Assembly (NCBI RefSeq): GCF_006345805.1
Contig: NW_021824112.1
Span: forward strand, 1-19,669
Length of the DNA: 19,669 nt
From: Octopus sinensis
Taxonomy: Eukaryota
Direction: 5' to 3'
The notes under the pieces were generated by a model. That model was not told where the DNA came from. It saw only the letters and a list, made by a program, of their open reading frames with translations, and ran no database searches. Position 1 is the stretch's first letter. Each line of letters starts with the position of its first letter. The position numbers and the translations under genes were made by a program. Below are positions 9,518 to 18,425 of this stretch, piece by piece.

Positions 9518-10001
9518 TCTATCTGGATTTTTGTTGTTCCTTTTTGTATCACCTAGTTGTCCGGATGTTTTGCGTTCTTGTCCCATTTTGTATTTTATAC
9601 ATTATATATAGATATATATATATATATATATATATATGTAATGTATGTAGTGTATGTATGTATGTATGTTTTGTATGTATGTATGTATGTATGTATTTTT
9701 GTATGTATGTATGTATTATGTATAGGTATGTATGTATGTCTATGTATGTATCTATGTATGTATGTATGCATGGTATGTATGAATGTATTATGTTTGTATG
9801 TATGTATGTAAGTATTGTGTGTCTGTGTTTGTCCATCACTTGACAACCGATGTCGGTATTTTACGTCCCCCATAACTTAGTGGTTCGGCAAGAGAGAATA
9901 AACACTAGGCTTACAAAGAATAAATCCTGGGGTCCTTTTGTTCGACTGAAGGAGGTGCTCCAGCACGGCCGCAGTCAAATGACTAATAAAACAAACAGGA
10001 G
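9242..10001 (+). mobile_element. OK-like SINE, copy 3, B-box deleted, internal microsatellite greatly expanded
   Basis: Head GGCGCAGGGGTGGGTGTGGTAAGAGGC...GGTTCCGGG (9242-9294) and 3' body GTGTCTGTGTTTGTCC...GCAGTCAAATGACT (9817-9984) match copy 1 in reverse; ~520 bp of simple repeat lies between them. Confidence 0.82.
9516..9600 (+). mobile_element. Short T-rich island inside (AT)n, possibly a Penelope-like terminal remnant
   Basis: Non-repetitive CGTCTATCTGG...GTCCCATTTTGTATTTTATA flanked by AT arrays; composition similar to 7540-7612. Recall-based. Confidence 0.35.
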
Positions 10002-10012
10002 GAAAATGCAAC

Positions 10013-10028
10013 ATATACACATACACAT

Positions 10029-10074
<46 letters not shown>

Positions 10075-10694
10075 GCGCATATATACGGGTACAGTTCCAT
10101 ACATATTGTCATACACACACATGCAAGTACACACACAAACACACTCGCACGCATACGCACATATGAACATACGTGTGTACACATATACATGCACGTACAC
10201 ACGTACATATGCGCATGCTCACCCAGACATGTATACACTCACGCACATGCACAAATAATGCATATATACCCATACACACACTCATAAACACGCACACACA
10301 CATGTCCACACACATACATAATCATGTACACACACATGCTCACACACCTATATGCATACACACATAACGTACATATACAGACATATACACGCACCTACCC
10401 ACATACATATACAATACACATATATACACATATACACACATACACATGCATATACATACGCACACTCATGCATGCACACAAACAAACATACTGACATCTG
10501 AACATTTACATACATACACTCATACACATACATGCTCACATACACACACTCGTACACACACATGCACACATACACAGACTCATACACACACACAGACATA
10601 CCTTTAAACATTCACATACATACACTCATACACACATACACACATACATATGCAATACACACATAAGATAGATACATAAGATATATATATATAT
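10013..10694. repeat. Degenerate (AC)/(AT)/(ACAT) microsatellite field
   Basis: Direct reading. Confidence 0.9.
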
Positions 10695-11232
10695 AAAAGG
10701 GTCGGCAATGCCTGTGCAGAGTTTTAGGTCCAATAAGGCTTGCACAACACCTCATAGACCCTCTCCACTCTATTGATATTATCCAGAGACAAGCCGGAGC
10801 AAGATGTCTGGTGCCAATATGAGTCGCAGGCTCAGGGGTGTGGGAGCGCCGTGATCCCTAGCACAAACCAAAGATCCCCAAAATGTTCAATGCCATTCCC
10901 TGCATATCTGGTTTTATATCAGAGTGACCTTCTCCTAGAGACGTGCTTTAACAAAAGCTGAGGGGCGCCTCACTCCCAGTGGTCTTTCAGCACGCCGGAC
11001 ACCACCTCGGAATTTCTACGTACCAGTGCTAACATTTATTGGATGGCCGTTGACTCTCAAGAGGTCTTCCGCCCTTTGACGGGTTTTGTTTTTCATCCCG
11101 CAGGGTGACCAATAAACACCCTCCTCACCAAGCAAGCTTGGTGGGGTTGCCGGTTTAGTCGCCGACGACCCGACCATGCAACAGGTTGTACTGGGTTACA
11201 TGTTACCAGTAGCACTCGAAGGTGACCTGACA
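10695..11232 (-). mobile_element. Probable 5' leader (UTR) of an RTE-type LINE, without ORF
   Basis: GC-richer, hairpin-dense; minus strand carries CTAGGAGAAGGTCACTCTGATATAAAACC, a motif recalled from RTE 5' UTRs; flanked by microsatellites. Confidence 0.5.
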
Positions 11233-11540
11233 TACATACATACATACATACATACACATGCATATACATATACACACTCATACACACACATGCATACACA
11301 TACATACACTCATACACACACACAAACATACATCTAAACATTCACATACATACGCACATACTCACATACACACACACATACACACACACACAAAGATATT
11401 AACATCTAAACATTCACATACATACGCTCATACAAATACAATACGCACATACACACATACACATGCATACACACACATACACTCATATAAGGCTTTCTCT
11501 TCTGATCTCCATTTTAACTTCTAATTATTTTTATATACAA

Positions 11541-11922
11541 CTAGCAGTATCGCCCGGCGTTGCTCAGGTTTGTAAGGGAAATAACTATAAAGCATTTTTA
11601 GAGAGTTATAGCCAAAAAATAGCAAAAAAATGGAAAAAAATGATGGTAAATTTTTTTTTAGTTAAAAAAGGTGGAGTTGCGTCCCCTAGAAAGTTTGCGG
11701 TTTGTGTTTCTGATTCTCGACCCCATGTCGAATTTATCGATTTTTTTCAGAACTGGGGGGACTTTTCAAAATTTTCGCTGCGTTAGTTTTGAATTATGAC
11801 ATTGGGCTATGTGTGTGTCAAGTTTCATCAGAATCGGTTGAAAGCCGTGGTCAGGGTGAGGGTACAAGCAAACAGACACACAGACACGCACACAGACAAA
11901 CTGCCGTTTATATAGAGAGAGA
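11541..11922 (-). mobile_element. Non-autonomous Helitron, copy 1
   Basis: Minus strand begins TC(TCTCTCTATATAAAC) and ends with GC-rich subterminal GCAACGCCGGGCGATACTG followed by CTAG; inserted between A and T with no TSD. Confidence 0.88.
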
Positions 11923-12211
11923 TTTCCTTTAACTTTCGTTTTCTTTTCTTCTAATTATTCAGCACTTTTTTTTCTGTGATTGTTGCTCTTGTTGTTGTTG
12001 TTTTTGGGTGTGGTAGGGGTGAGTATGAGTACGGGTATGGTTGAATGGGGGTAGGGGTGTATTCGAATAATTTATTTTGCTGTGGATATCACATGAAAGT
12101 CTTCTTTCCTCTTTTTAACTGCAATTGTCGTATGGATCATCTGAACACTAATGAAAACCAACCCGTCTTTCAGGAGTTTTTCTCCCAGTGGTATAGTCTG
12201 TAGTAGTAATA

Positions 12212-12722
12212 GTGGTGGTGGTGGTGGTGGTGGTGGGTGGTGGTGTGGTGGTGGTGGTGGTTTTGGTGGTGGTGGTGGTGGTTTTGGTGATGGTGGTGGT
12301 TGTGGTGGTTTTGGTAGTGGTGGTGGTGGTGGTTGTGGTGGTGGTGATGGTTTTGGTGGTGGTGGTGGTGGTGGTTTTGGTGGTGGTGGGTGGTGGTGTG
12401 GGGTGGTGGTGGTGGTTTTGGTGGTGGTGGTGGTGGTGGTTTTGTGGTGGTGGTGGTGGTGGTGGTGGTGGTGGTGGTGGTTTTGGTGGTGGTGGTGGTT
12501 TTGGTGATGGTGGTGGTTGTGGTGGTTTTGGTAGTGGTGGTGGTGGTGGTGGTTGTGGTGGTGGTGATGGTTTTGGTGGTGGTGGTGGTGGTGGTTTTGG
12601 TGGTGGTGGTGGTGGTGGTAGTGGTGGTGGTGGTTTTGGTGGTGGTGGTGGTAGTTTTGGTGGTGCTGGTGGTGGTGGTGGTGGTGGTGGTGGTGGTGTG
12701 GTGGTGGTGGTGGTGGTGGTAG
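12212..12722. repeat. (GGT)n compound repeat with TTT/TGT/GAT/AGT variants and a ~217-bp internal duplication
   Basis: Block TTTTGGTGATGG...GGTAGTGG...GGTGATGGTTTT occurs at 12282 and again at 12499. Confidence 0.92.
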
Positions 12723-12723
12723 G

Positions 12724-13529
12724 GAGATATTTTTCCGCAGTCCGGATCTTTTCATTTTGACCGGCAGATTTTTAAAATAACACCGGAAATAATTGTTGTT
12801 GATACATTACGGCAGAAATCGTTTTCACCTCAACAGACGTCATTGATTGGTTGAAATTGCTGAAATACAAGAAATTAAAGACCAAATATCTTACAAACTA
12901 CAGAATTTGCTCAAGAAAGCCAAGAGAAAAAGATGTTTTATAAACACATTCTACCAGTATACGAAGTTTGAAAATGTTTAGTTACAAAGAAATTATTTTA
13001 AGAATCTGCCGGTCAAAGGGGAAAGATCCCGCAGTCCGAACATGCATAAGCAGTGGTTGAGTAAGGGCCAAGTTCTGGAACCTATCGCCAAATATTGGGA
13101 GTTTCGAACGCAAGGCGATGCTCTGCGTTCGCGTCGAATTGTGACGGGGTGTATAATTCACCTCGAGTTCGTTCCTGACGGTCGAACCATCGATGCCAAC
13201 CTGTACTCCGAACAGCTGGAAGCGGGTGTATGCCATTGTGCGGCAAAAATACCCGACCGGCGTTGATTAACAGAAAGCGAGCTCTTTTGCAGCAGGACAA
13301 CACAAGACCTTATACTGCTCGAATGACCCGGAATAAACTCCAAGAACTTAAGGAAATCGAACTGATGCTACACCCCAACATGCAGTCTGGACTCAGCTTC
13401 CTCAGATCTTTACTTGTTCTGGTCTATGGTTCGCTTCCTGCGCTCGTGACGCTTCATCAGAGAAGAAGAGATGAAGTTCTTCGTTTAAAAAGGACAAGAA
13501 TTTGATATCGGCGTGAAATCAAAGAACTT
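12724..13529 (+). pseudogene. Decayed mariner (Tc1/mariner) transposase, catalytic domain, interrupted by a MITE
   Basis: After removing 12744-13037: IFFRSPNMHKQWLSKG..., IHLEFVPDGRTIDANLYSEQL, LINRKRALLQQDNTRPYTA...LHP, SLDSASSDLYLF (PYSPDLAPSDYHLF-like). Frameshifted. Confidence 0.88.
12744..13029. mobile_element. MITE of the same family as 2151-2561 (shorter variant), ~37-bp TIR, 8-bp TSD
   Basis: TSD CGCAGTCC at 12736-12743 and 13030-13037; ends GGATCTT...AAGATCC; 12821-13029 aligns to 2357-2561. Confidence 0.92.
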
Positions 13530-14238
13530 AGTTAGTTAGTTAGTTAGTTAATTTGGCTCAAAAGCAAATAGCAAGGCCATGTAGGTGGACATGGAGTTAA
13601 GTACAGAGTGGTGTTCATGTAAAGAGTTCAGGCCACTTGAGGTCAAGGGAGGCTTTGAACAAAGCGGTCGTCGGCATCTTCACCATCTCGTCTGGCAGCT
13701 TGTTCCACGGATCCGCAACCCGGACGGAGAAAGCTCCTCTCCTTCGATTGAGATGAAATCGTCGCAGGTAGAGCTTTTCGGAATGACCCCGCAGCCGACG
13801 CTCTGGAGCAGGAGTGAAGAACAGCTCTTTCGAGAGGTTACACTTCCCGCTTATGATGTTGAGGGCGAGAATGAGATAACCACGGCGGCGGCGTTTTTCA
13901 AGAGAATAACGGTCGAGCGTCCTCAGCCTTTCTTCGTAGGACAAATTTTTGAGACCATGAACCATGCGGGTAGCCAGCTTCTGGACTCTTTCGAGATGCT
14001 GTATGTCTTTGAGGAGATAAGGAGAAGAGGCTTGAATCCCATACTCCAATATGGGTCTCACCAGCGTGACATAGAGTGGTAGGAATATGGCTGCTGTGAG
14101 CATTCTGAATGACCGTCGAATCAAGAACAGAATTCCGCGTGCTTTGTTGGCAGCATGGACGCACTGGGCCGAAGGCGAAAAGGAGGAATCCACCAAGATA
14201 CCTAGGTCCTTTACCTGATCGGTCCTCTCCAGCATCAG
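13528..14238 (-). mobile_element. 5'-truncated CR1-clade LINE: ORF2 C-terminus (13615-14235), short 3' UTR and (TAAC)n tail
   Basis: 206-aa open frame VKDLGILVD...LYVTLVRPILEY...LERVQKLATR...SYEERL...RGH...FSVRV...WNKLP, hallmark CR1 ORF2 end; tail (TTAG)n on plus strand at 13528-13550. Confidence 0.92.
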
Positions 14239-14284
14239 ACGACCCGGCTCGAAATCAAGTTGAGTTGCAGGAGTAGTCCGAAGA

Positions 14285-14323
14285 CAGTCCGAACCTAGCT
14301 TCTTCAGATTATTACTTGTTCTA
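14285..14323 (+). pseudogene. Tiny second mariner fragment (SPNLASSDYYLF)
   Basis: Translation matches the YSPDLAPSDYHLF motif; parallels 13385-13420. Confidence 0.5.
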
Positions 14324-14382
14324 CATAGCTGTAGAACAAGTGGCTATTTAAGCAACGTACTCGGAGATGATTAAAGGATTAG

Positions 14383-14441
14383 ATGGGTGCTGATGAAGGG
14401 GCAATCCCCCTCCACCTCTGAAATTTGACATATATGCCCAT
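14383..14441 (+). ncRNA. Candidate type-I hammerhead ribozyme, probably within a Penelope-like terminal repeat
   Basis: Stem I ATGGGTG/TGCCCAT, core CTGATGA, stem II AGGGG/CCTCT, GAAA, minimal stem III, cleavage triplet ATA (14432-14434). Folded by eye only. Confidence 0.55.
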
Positions 14442-14480
14442 TACTCTTATTTCATATTCGATCTCATTGTTTGTTTACAT

Positions 14481-14914
14481 CTGGCGTTTGGTCAATCCAT
14501 TATCACTGAAGATTTGGGTATGAGACGCGTGTCTGCAAAGTTTGTGCCAAAACTGCTTTCAGCTAACCAAAAAGGTACTCGGCTTCAGTTGCCCAAGATT
14601 TCCTTGATTGTGAAGAGAACGATGAAATATCTTTGAAAACTTTGCATAGGCCTCTGAGCAGGTATCACCAAGGTTTTGGCAAAATTTGATGCAGATTCTC
14701 TGCTCAACTTTCTCTGTCTTGGTCAATGCGACGATCACACGCTACACCCCTTCCTTCCAAGCACTGCTGTAAACAGCGGAAGTGAGCTAGAACGTTGAAA
14801 CTTAGTGCGCATACACAGCAGAATTTAAGGTCAATCTGTGCCGAACGGCTTCATTCTGCGTGTTTTAGTTTTGTTACTATGGCAACAGTCCAGATACTTA
14901 TTGATCAGATCACG
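14481..14914 (-). mobile_element. Non-autonomous mariner derivative with one TIR and an internally inverted transposase segment
   Basis: Minus strand: TIR-like CGTGATCTGATCAATAAGTATCTGGACTG from 14914, then KTEKVEQRICIKFCQNLGDTCSEAYAK (14720-14640). Plus strand 14493-14644: QSIITEDLGMRRVSAKFVPKLLS...AQDFLD...LKTL. Confidence 0.82.
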
Positions 14915-14915
14915 T

Positions 14916-15140
14916 GTGAGTATGTGCACGTGTGTATGTACGTGTGTATGTGTACGTATGTATGTAAATATGTGTGCGTGTGAGTGTCAGTGTGTGTATG
15001 TGTGTGCACGCATGTTGCTTGTATATATATATTATATATTATATATATACATACATATATATATATATACATATATATATACATATATATATATTATACA
15101 TACATACATATATATATATACATAATATATATATATATAT

Positions 15141-15213
<73 letters not shown>

Positions 15214-15347
15214 CATATACATATATATATATATTATACATATACATATACATATATATATATACATATACATATATATACATATATATATAATATATAT
15301 ACATACATACATATATATATATACATATATATATACATACATATATA

Positions 15348-15434
<87 letters not shown>

Positions 15435-15450
15435 TATATACACACACACA
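14916..15450. repeat. (TG)n then long (AT)n/(ATAC)n microsatellite
   Basis: Direct reading. Confidence 0.96.
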
Positions 15451-16020
15451 AAGTAATACGTCAGCACTTTCAATACTTTCCGAAAAATGTAGCGTTAAAC
15501 GAAACTTACGCCAAACTAGATCTTTATATCATTATAACATAACATAACATAAATAGAGATACGATTTGGTTGGCTATTTTTAACAGTGATACGAACAGAA
15601 ATGAAGGTTGATATACATCGCCAAACGATTTGAAAGTCTGGAAACATATTGTCGCCTCCGGGCATTTAATATCTCCTTGGATAAACTTAAGCAGTGTCGA
15701 ACTTGTTGCACATTGTGATCTAACGTTCGCACGGAATAAGAAATCAAAATTCTTTATGCCAGATCGAATATTATAAAATTATTAAACAGGTTAAATTAAT
15801 CAACTTCAATCACGAGCTCATCTGCTAATTCTTAAGAATTTCATTTCAAAAGCAATAGAGCGCAAAATAGGACTGAGATTGTTATTTTTGTTCATTCGTC
15901 GATTTTCGAAAAATCTGGCAAATGTTGTCCGACATTTTATGGGGCTTTTTCTCTTGAAACATAACATGACATCATTTCCAGAACGCTTCTTTATTTTGTT
16001 GTTGTTGTTGTGCCTCTTGT

Positions 16021-16187
16021 CCGGCCTTGTCACTCTCTGTGTCACGCTGAATATCCCCGAGAACTACGTTAACGGTACACGTGTCTGTGGAGTGCTCAGC
16101 CACTTACACGTTAATTTCACGAGCAGGCTGTTCCGTTGATTCGGATCAACCGGAACCCTCGTCGTCGTAACCGACGGAGTGCTTCCA
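16021..16187 (-). mobile_element. Headless SINE fragment (central/3' region of a cephalopod SINE)
   Basis: GC-rich structured segment TGGAAGCACTCCGTCGG...CAGCCTGCTCGTGAAATTAACGTG...GTGACAAGG followed by a (CAA)n tract; strong hairpin at 16130-16156. Recall-based family assignment. Confidence 0.65.
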
Positions 16188-16265
16188 TCCCCAGTGTGTG
16201 TGTAGTGTGTGTACATGTATGTGTGGGTATTCGTATGTGTATATATACATGTACATATATCTATA

Positions 16266-16484
16266 TATTTCTTTACTACCCACAAGGGGCTAAACACAGA
16301 AGGGGCAAACAAGGACAGACAAATGGATTAAGTCGATCACATCGACCCAGTGCGTAACTGGTACTTAATTTATCAACCCTGAAAGGATGAAAGGCAAAGT
16401 CGACCTCGGCAGAATTTGAACTCAGAACGTAGCGGAAGACGAAATACGCTACGCATTTCGCCCGGCGTGCTAACGTTTCTGCCA
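16266..16484 (-). mobile_element. tRNA-derived SINE with Nin/Deu-like central domain
   Basis: Head TGGCAGAAACGTTAGC, B box GAGTTCAAATTC (16412-16423), core GACTTTGCCTTTCATCCTTTCAGGGTTGATAAATTAAGTACCAG. Confidence 0.8.
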
Positions 16485-16551
16485 TGTACATATATCTATA
16501 AACACACAAACACACACTTGGGCGCGCAAACACGTGCACACGCATATGTAT

Positions 16552-16614
16552 GCGTAGGATTGGCTATGGGAGAGTCAAGAAGCTTGATCTCCAACCATGT
16601 GGTCTTGGGTTCAA
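16552..16614 (+). mobile_element. Degenerate OK-like SINE head fragment
   Basis: GCGTAGGATTGGCTATGG...AAGAAGCTTG..CCAACCATGTGGTCTTGGGTTCA parallels the head of 9242 and the reverse complement of 1102-1165. Confidence 0.5.
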
Positions 16615-16876
16615 GACGAGTATCTTCTAGTGTTGTAGAAGAGAAGTATACCGGTTTTTTAAAGCGCATAGAACAAGAATAGCCAGAGGTAGTTCATGTT
16701 GACAATCTATAGCCATCTACATCCGCGATGTAAACCACCAACTTGTATGTACGCATTGGTAAATTTAAAATAATTTAGTTTCTTTTTGCTATTGCAAAAT
16801 AATAATAATTACTGAATTTGTTTTTTAAGCGTAAAAAAAGGCTTTTATTTTACAATGTCTTATTGCAAACCGCATT

Positions 16877-17588
16877 CATAAATAAAACGTCCGCGATGTA
16901 CGGTAAGCATAAATAAAGCGTCCGCGATGTACGGTGAACATAAATAAAGCGTCCGCGATGTACGGTGAACATAAATAAAGCATCCGCGATGTACGGTAAG
17001 CATAAATAAAGCGTCCGCGATGTACGGTAAACATAAATAAAGCGTCCGCGATGTACGGTAAACATAAATAAAGCGTCCGCGATGTACAGTAAACGTAAAT
17101 AAAGCGTCCGCGATGTACGGTAAACATAAATAAAGCGTTCGCCTGTACGATAAACATAAATAAAGCGTCCGCGATGTACGGTAAGCATAAATAAATCATC
17201 CGCGATGTACAGTAAACACAAATAAAGCGACCACGATGTACAGTAAACATAAATAAAGCGTCCGCGATGTACGGTAAACACAAATAAAGCGTCCGCGATG
17301 TACGGTAAACATAAATAAAGCGTCCGCGATGCACGGTGAACATAAATAAAGCATCCGCGATGTACGGTAAGTATAAATAAAGCGTCAGCGATGTACGGTG
17401 AACATAAATAAAGCATCCGCGATGTACGGTAAGCATAGATAAAGCATCCGCGATGTACGGTGAACATAAATAAAGCATCTGCAATGTACGGTAAGCATAA
17501 ATAAAGCGTCCGCGATGTACGGTGAACATAAATAAAGCGTCCGCAATGTACAGTAAGCATAAATAAGGCGTCCGCGATGTACGGTAAA
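16877..17588. repeat. 31-bp minisatellite, 23 tandem copies
   Basis: Unit CATAAATAAAGCGTCCGCGATGTACGGT(AAA/AAG/GAA); starts at 16877, 16908, 16939 ... 17558; one 30-bp unit at 17125. Confidence 0.97.
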
Positions 17589-18425
17589 CATCGCCAAATT
17601 GTATTCGTAAATTTCAATTACTTGTTTGTTTTTTACTGTACTGTATAAAAAAATAAAAATTATTTGTTTGTATGTTTTAATTAGGCTTTTATTAAACACT
17701 AGCAGTATCGCCCGGCGTTGCTCGGGTTTGTAAGGGAAATAACTATATAAGCATTTTTAGAGAGTTATAGCCAAAAAATAGCAAAAAAATGCATTAAAAA
17801 TTGAAAAAAAAAAAAAAATTAGTTAAATTTTTTTTTTAATCGTTGACACATCGTAGATATTTTTAGAAGTTTACTTACTTCCCTTATAAAAGCGAAAAAA
17901 ATGCATTAAAATGGAAAAATATGATGGTAATTTTTTTAAAATCGTAGACTCATCGTAGACGCGCGCTAATACCCAGAAGGGCTCGATATGAATCACGACT
18001 ATAAGATACCCGCTTTTGGTTAAACTGCACCGCAAAATGTGGGAGTAGTTACGAATCTAAATCGTAGGAGACAGACACACAACTTCACTTTTATATAAAG
18101 ATGCTTTTTTTTTTCGGTCATAGAGTTTAGATTTATGAAGGTCTTCAGTAGAAATCCTTCGAATTCTGACTCGCTGCTTGATATAATGAAATTCGTATCC
18201 ATTTTTTGTCAGAATTACAAATTTTGAAAACACAATAGGAACAAATTCGGAAAAAATCTCCCATAATTCACGGAATTAAAATTACACACTTCGATTTTTG
18301 TACAAAACTGTATTTGAAGTGTTTACGAATTAATACGTGTTTTCACGAATGTACTAAAGAGATTTACTCTGATATTCTCATTTAAATATGAATAGGTAAA
18401 TTCGGGCGGTTTTGGTACGAAAGGG
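17589..18425 (-). mobile_element. piggyBac-like non-autonomous element: left end and vestigial transposase N-terminus, interrupted by Helitron copy 2; other end not found
   Basis: Minus strand starts CCCTTTCGTACC (piggyBac-type CCC terminus, flank TAAA rather than TTAA); ATG at 18202 gives MDTNFIISSSESEFEGF(+1)STEDL, an acidic N-terminus typical of piggyBac transposases. Confidence 0.55.
17699..18101 (-). mobile_element. Non-autonomous Helitron, copy 2
   Basis: 5' TCTTTATATAAAAGTG, 3' GCAACGCCGGGCGATACTGCTAG, A|T insertion site. Confidence 0.9.

Noticed and set aside
7954-10611. Numerous Y/I/H/T/V/C-rich ORFs (also 3102-3521, 4249-4563, 14974-15473)
   Set aside because: Translations of di-, tri- and tetranucleotide microsatellites.
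11117-11165. Twister ribozyme on the minus strand (UAA...AAGC...GAGGG in the right order)
   Set aside because: P1 and P2 pairing does not fit and the strong CACCAAGC/GCTTGGTG hairpin competes; kept only as a general ribozyme candidate.
15879-16139. 86-aa hydrophobic ORF as a membrane or secreted protein
   Set aside because: The hydrophobic stretch comes from a (TTG)n tract and the rest runs antisense through a SINE.
16877-17588. CRISPR array
   Set aside because: Units are directly adjacent with no unique spacers, in a eukaryotic TE context with no cas genes.
16850-17699. 255-, 217- and 104-aa ORFs over the 31-bp array
   Set aside because: Stop-free only because the repeat unit lacks minus-strand stops; the 31-bp period cycles through frames and gives a repetitive peptide with no domain.
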